The notes under the pieces were generated by a model. That model worked only from the letters and a program-made list of their open reading frames with translations. It was not told where the DNA came from and searched no databases. 21,250 nucleotides of DNA, from positions 1 through 21,250 of the forward strand of contig NW_003314483.1 in the NCBI RefSeq assembly GCF_000143415.4. The letters run 5' to 3'. Shown piece by piece: positions 18,747 through 21,250 of this stretch; positions within the stretch are counted from its first letter, which is position 1, and each line of letters begins with the position of its first letter. This DNA is from Selaginella moellendorffii (Eukaryota; Plantae; Lycopodiophyta). The translations under genes and the position numbers were made by a program.

Positions 18747-20884
18747 AGTAAGCTATATATGGAAGTTATGATTACAAAAGCTTTTAGAAAATTTTAAAAC
18801 TTTATCAGTTTTAAACAAATATTGTCTCTAGCCAAAGGATTTTAAAATCATATTCAGCTAAAACTCTAGAAAATTTAAATTTAAAATAAATATTACTATA
18901 AAATGATTAAAAAATACTTACTATTCAGAAATATCATAATGGACAATATGATTATAAAAATTCTTAGATTATAAGAAGATTAATATTGTAATTATGAACT
19001 TAGATCCAGCATATTACCATATACATAATAACATTATTATATTTTGCATGTGGTACTTTATTAATATAATAAAATCACGTTATTAATATATAATAAAGCA
19101 TATGGTTATAATTTTGATATGTTTATTTTAAAAGAATATACATTGTTGCATCAAGCCTATCAATTGTGAATAAAGTGTTATTTATGCATTTATCCTCTCT
19201 ATTTTTTCATTCTCTTTTATTAAAATTTAGACTTAGATTATAAAGAACATAATAATAGAAATAAAACTTAGATCTAACATATAATTATGTACATGAATAA
19301 TAAAATAATATTTAATATTTTTATAGTGCATCATAATACCATTATCAACATATAATACAAAATATAGAAAATGTTTTCCAAAGAAAATAATAAAAAAGAA
19401 CATATATTCACATATTTACAGCTGGGATTTATATTAATTTAAAGATGGATGTTATAGAAACTCTACTCTGAAAACTAAAAATGATTTAGAAAAATCTTCT
19501 TACTTCTAAATATTCTCAAAAGATAATGATATTTTTGTGATATTCTCAAGAATTGCATGTGATATATATATCACCACCAAAGATTTCTCTAAGTATCAGG
19601 AAAAAATTACTTTCTGATATTAATACTAATTTGTATTTCAAAAGAGTAGAACCTCTCTTATATTTTCTTTTTTGCTTCAAATACCAAATCCATTATATTG
19701 TTTTTAACTAAAAATCTAATTATTTTTTTTCAATATTTAAAATTCACTATTCAGCATTACAAGGTCTCAGCTTCTTCTATGCAATAATGTGCCAGTTTGG
19801 ACTATTAAAAGGGAGATTGTATTGTAGGATATCCAGATCACTATTATTTGCATGAATTTGTAGTGTCAGTGTGTATGTTCTGCAACACATTTGTTAAGGA
19901 CCATTTAATAATAAGATTGAAATGGTGACCTCTATGGCCCAAACTCATGTTTCTATGCTCCCTCGCACCACAAGCCATTTGAAGGAAGCTCCCGAATTTA
20001 TATTTCATAGAAGTTTTGCCTCACCTAGTTTAGTGTCAGGCAATGCAACTGATATTAGATCACTTCCTCTTGCGAGGATACATGTCTGTGTGGGTATTTG
20101 CAAAAGTGATGATTCCAATTCTATTCTTCTTCCACATTTTGTCTTGGGTGACTCATTTATCTGATTTCATTGTTTGAGAGTGAAGTGGCAACAGAATGAC
20201 ATCTATTAGAAAATCTCTACTTTTGTCATTCTGACCTTGTAAGCATTGTGTTTTAGTCGAGCAAAGCCACAAAGGCTACAACAGGCAGTACTATGTACTA
20301 CTATCAAGAAAATATCATACTACACCTTACAGTTTCTCATTCCCTGGACAATCCTTACACACTGCTTGTAGAATTCAGACGCTTTAATTTCTCATTAGTT
20401 GACTACCATCAAACATGAAAGAAGCAGAAAAAAGTTCCATTTATATTTTAAAGGTTTTTTCTCACTATTGAAGGATATCCTTAAGAGGAGATTAATACTT
20501 GAGAGCCGCACAAGCACCTCATATATTGCCCTTAAAGACATGATGTTCACTTCTAAATACCTGCTTGAGTCTATCTTGAACATGTTATCATAGATCCGTC
20601 TGAGCAAAGGGTAAACATAAATTCAAAGTTTTCATCATAAATAGTGTTTCCTTCCAGATGCAGAAGTGATGGAGACGAATTAGAATAGTGGAGGCATAAG
20701 AATACATAGGGTATCATCTTGTACATTTCAGTAAATTACTTTTTTCTTTTATAATTACAGAAGTTTTGAAACTCTTACAGAATAGAAGTCTCCTGGATGT
20801 GGCTAATAAGAAACTTTGCTGTTGGGATCCAATGCAGTCCACTTACAAGCCCAGATAAAGTAATAATAGCACAAATAATAGATC

Positions 20885-21250
20885 TTTACAGTAATGAAGT
20901 CAGTAATGAAGTAATGGATGACATTGAAGATTTGAATTGAAGTTTGGCAAGCTCGTTACCAGGACAAGTCCGATTTTCAATCCCGAAGGGTATGAACGTG
21001 ATGGAGATGTTCCATATTTCTAGTGAAAAACCCCAGCTAGAGTTACAGAGAATGGCTGAGAATTTTGTACCTCGCAGCACTCTGGATCAAACTTTTCTGG
21101 GTCGGGGTGGATGTATGGATCCATGTGTACTTGTCTTTCCGCATGCCAAATCACTTGAAAATCACTTGAAAGAAGATGCACACTCACCATTAAACTCAAC
21201 GCTACCCAGGCTCTTCTAAAGACCATGGAGATATATTGCAAGTCGTAGTG
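20885..21250 (-). pseudogene. Cytochrome P450 C-terminal fragment, CYP88/KAO-like, degenerate
   Basis: RQVHMDPYIHPDPEKFDPE (PERF region), a 51-nt GT-AG intron at 21070-21020, then FIPFGIENRTCPGNELAKLQ (heme motif FxxGxRxCxG with G>E; KAO-type CPGNDLAKLE). The K-helix ExxR region is garbled. Continues off the window edge. Confidence 0.8.

Noticed and set aside
18511-18797. ORFs spanning X runs
   Set aside because: Artefact of the N gap.
18960-19330. Degenerate ~270-bp direct repeat (CTTAGATTATAA...ACTTAGATC) in AT-rich DNA
   Set aside because: The similarity is weak in very low-complexity sequence and boundaries cannot be defined by eye.

Overview
Eukaryotic (land-plant) repeat-rich region. 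Very short 50-70 nt GT-AG introns, PPR remnants and plant gene families suggest a compact genome such as Selaginella (inference). I see no intact protein-coding gene. The left half (1-~10 kb) reads as a head-to-tail stack of minus-strand non-autonomous Helitron-like elements: two hairpin+CTAG 3' ends (3744-3770, 9964-9990) each abut a copy of a shared 5' region. The elements are filled with intron-containing fragments of unrelated host genes (RBBP6/DWNN-like, kelch-repeat, LAF3-type amidohydrolase, protein kinase, CYP88/KAO-like P450, PPR). A (TCA)n run at one junction may record repeated insertion of these elements into each other's 5' end. The right half holds a full-length but decayed 5.0-kb Ty3/gypsy LTR retrotransposon (13329-18333). 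It has 175-bp LTRs, a 4-bp TSD, no chromodomain, a non-standard PBS, and a well-formed -1 ribosomal frameshift signal (GGGAAAC plus predicted pseudoknot) between gag and pol. It is followed by AT-rich DNA, an assembly gap and a C-terminal CYP88-like P450 fragment. All family assignments come from motif recognition by eye; no searches were run.
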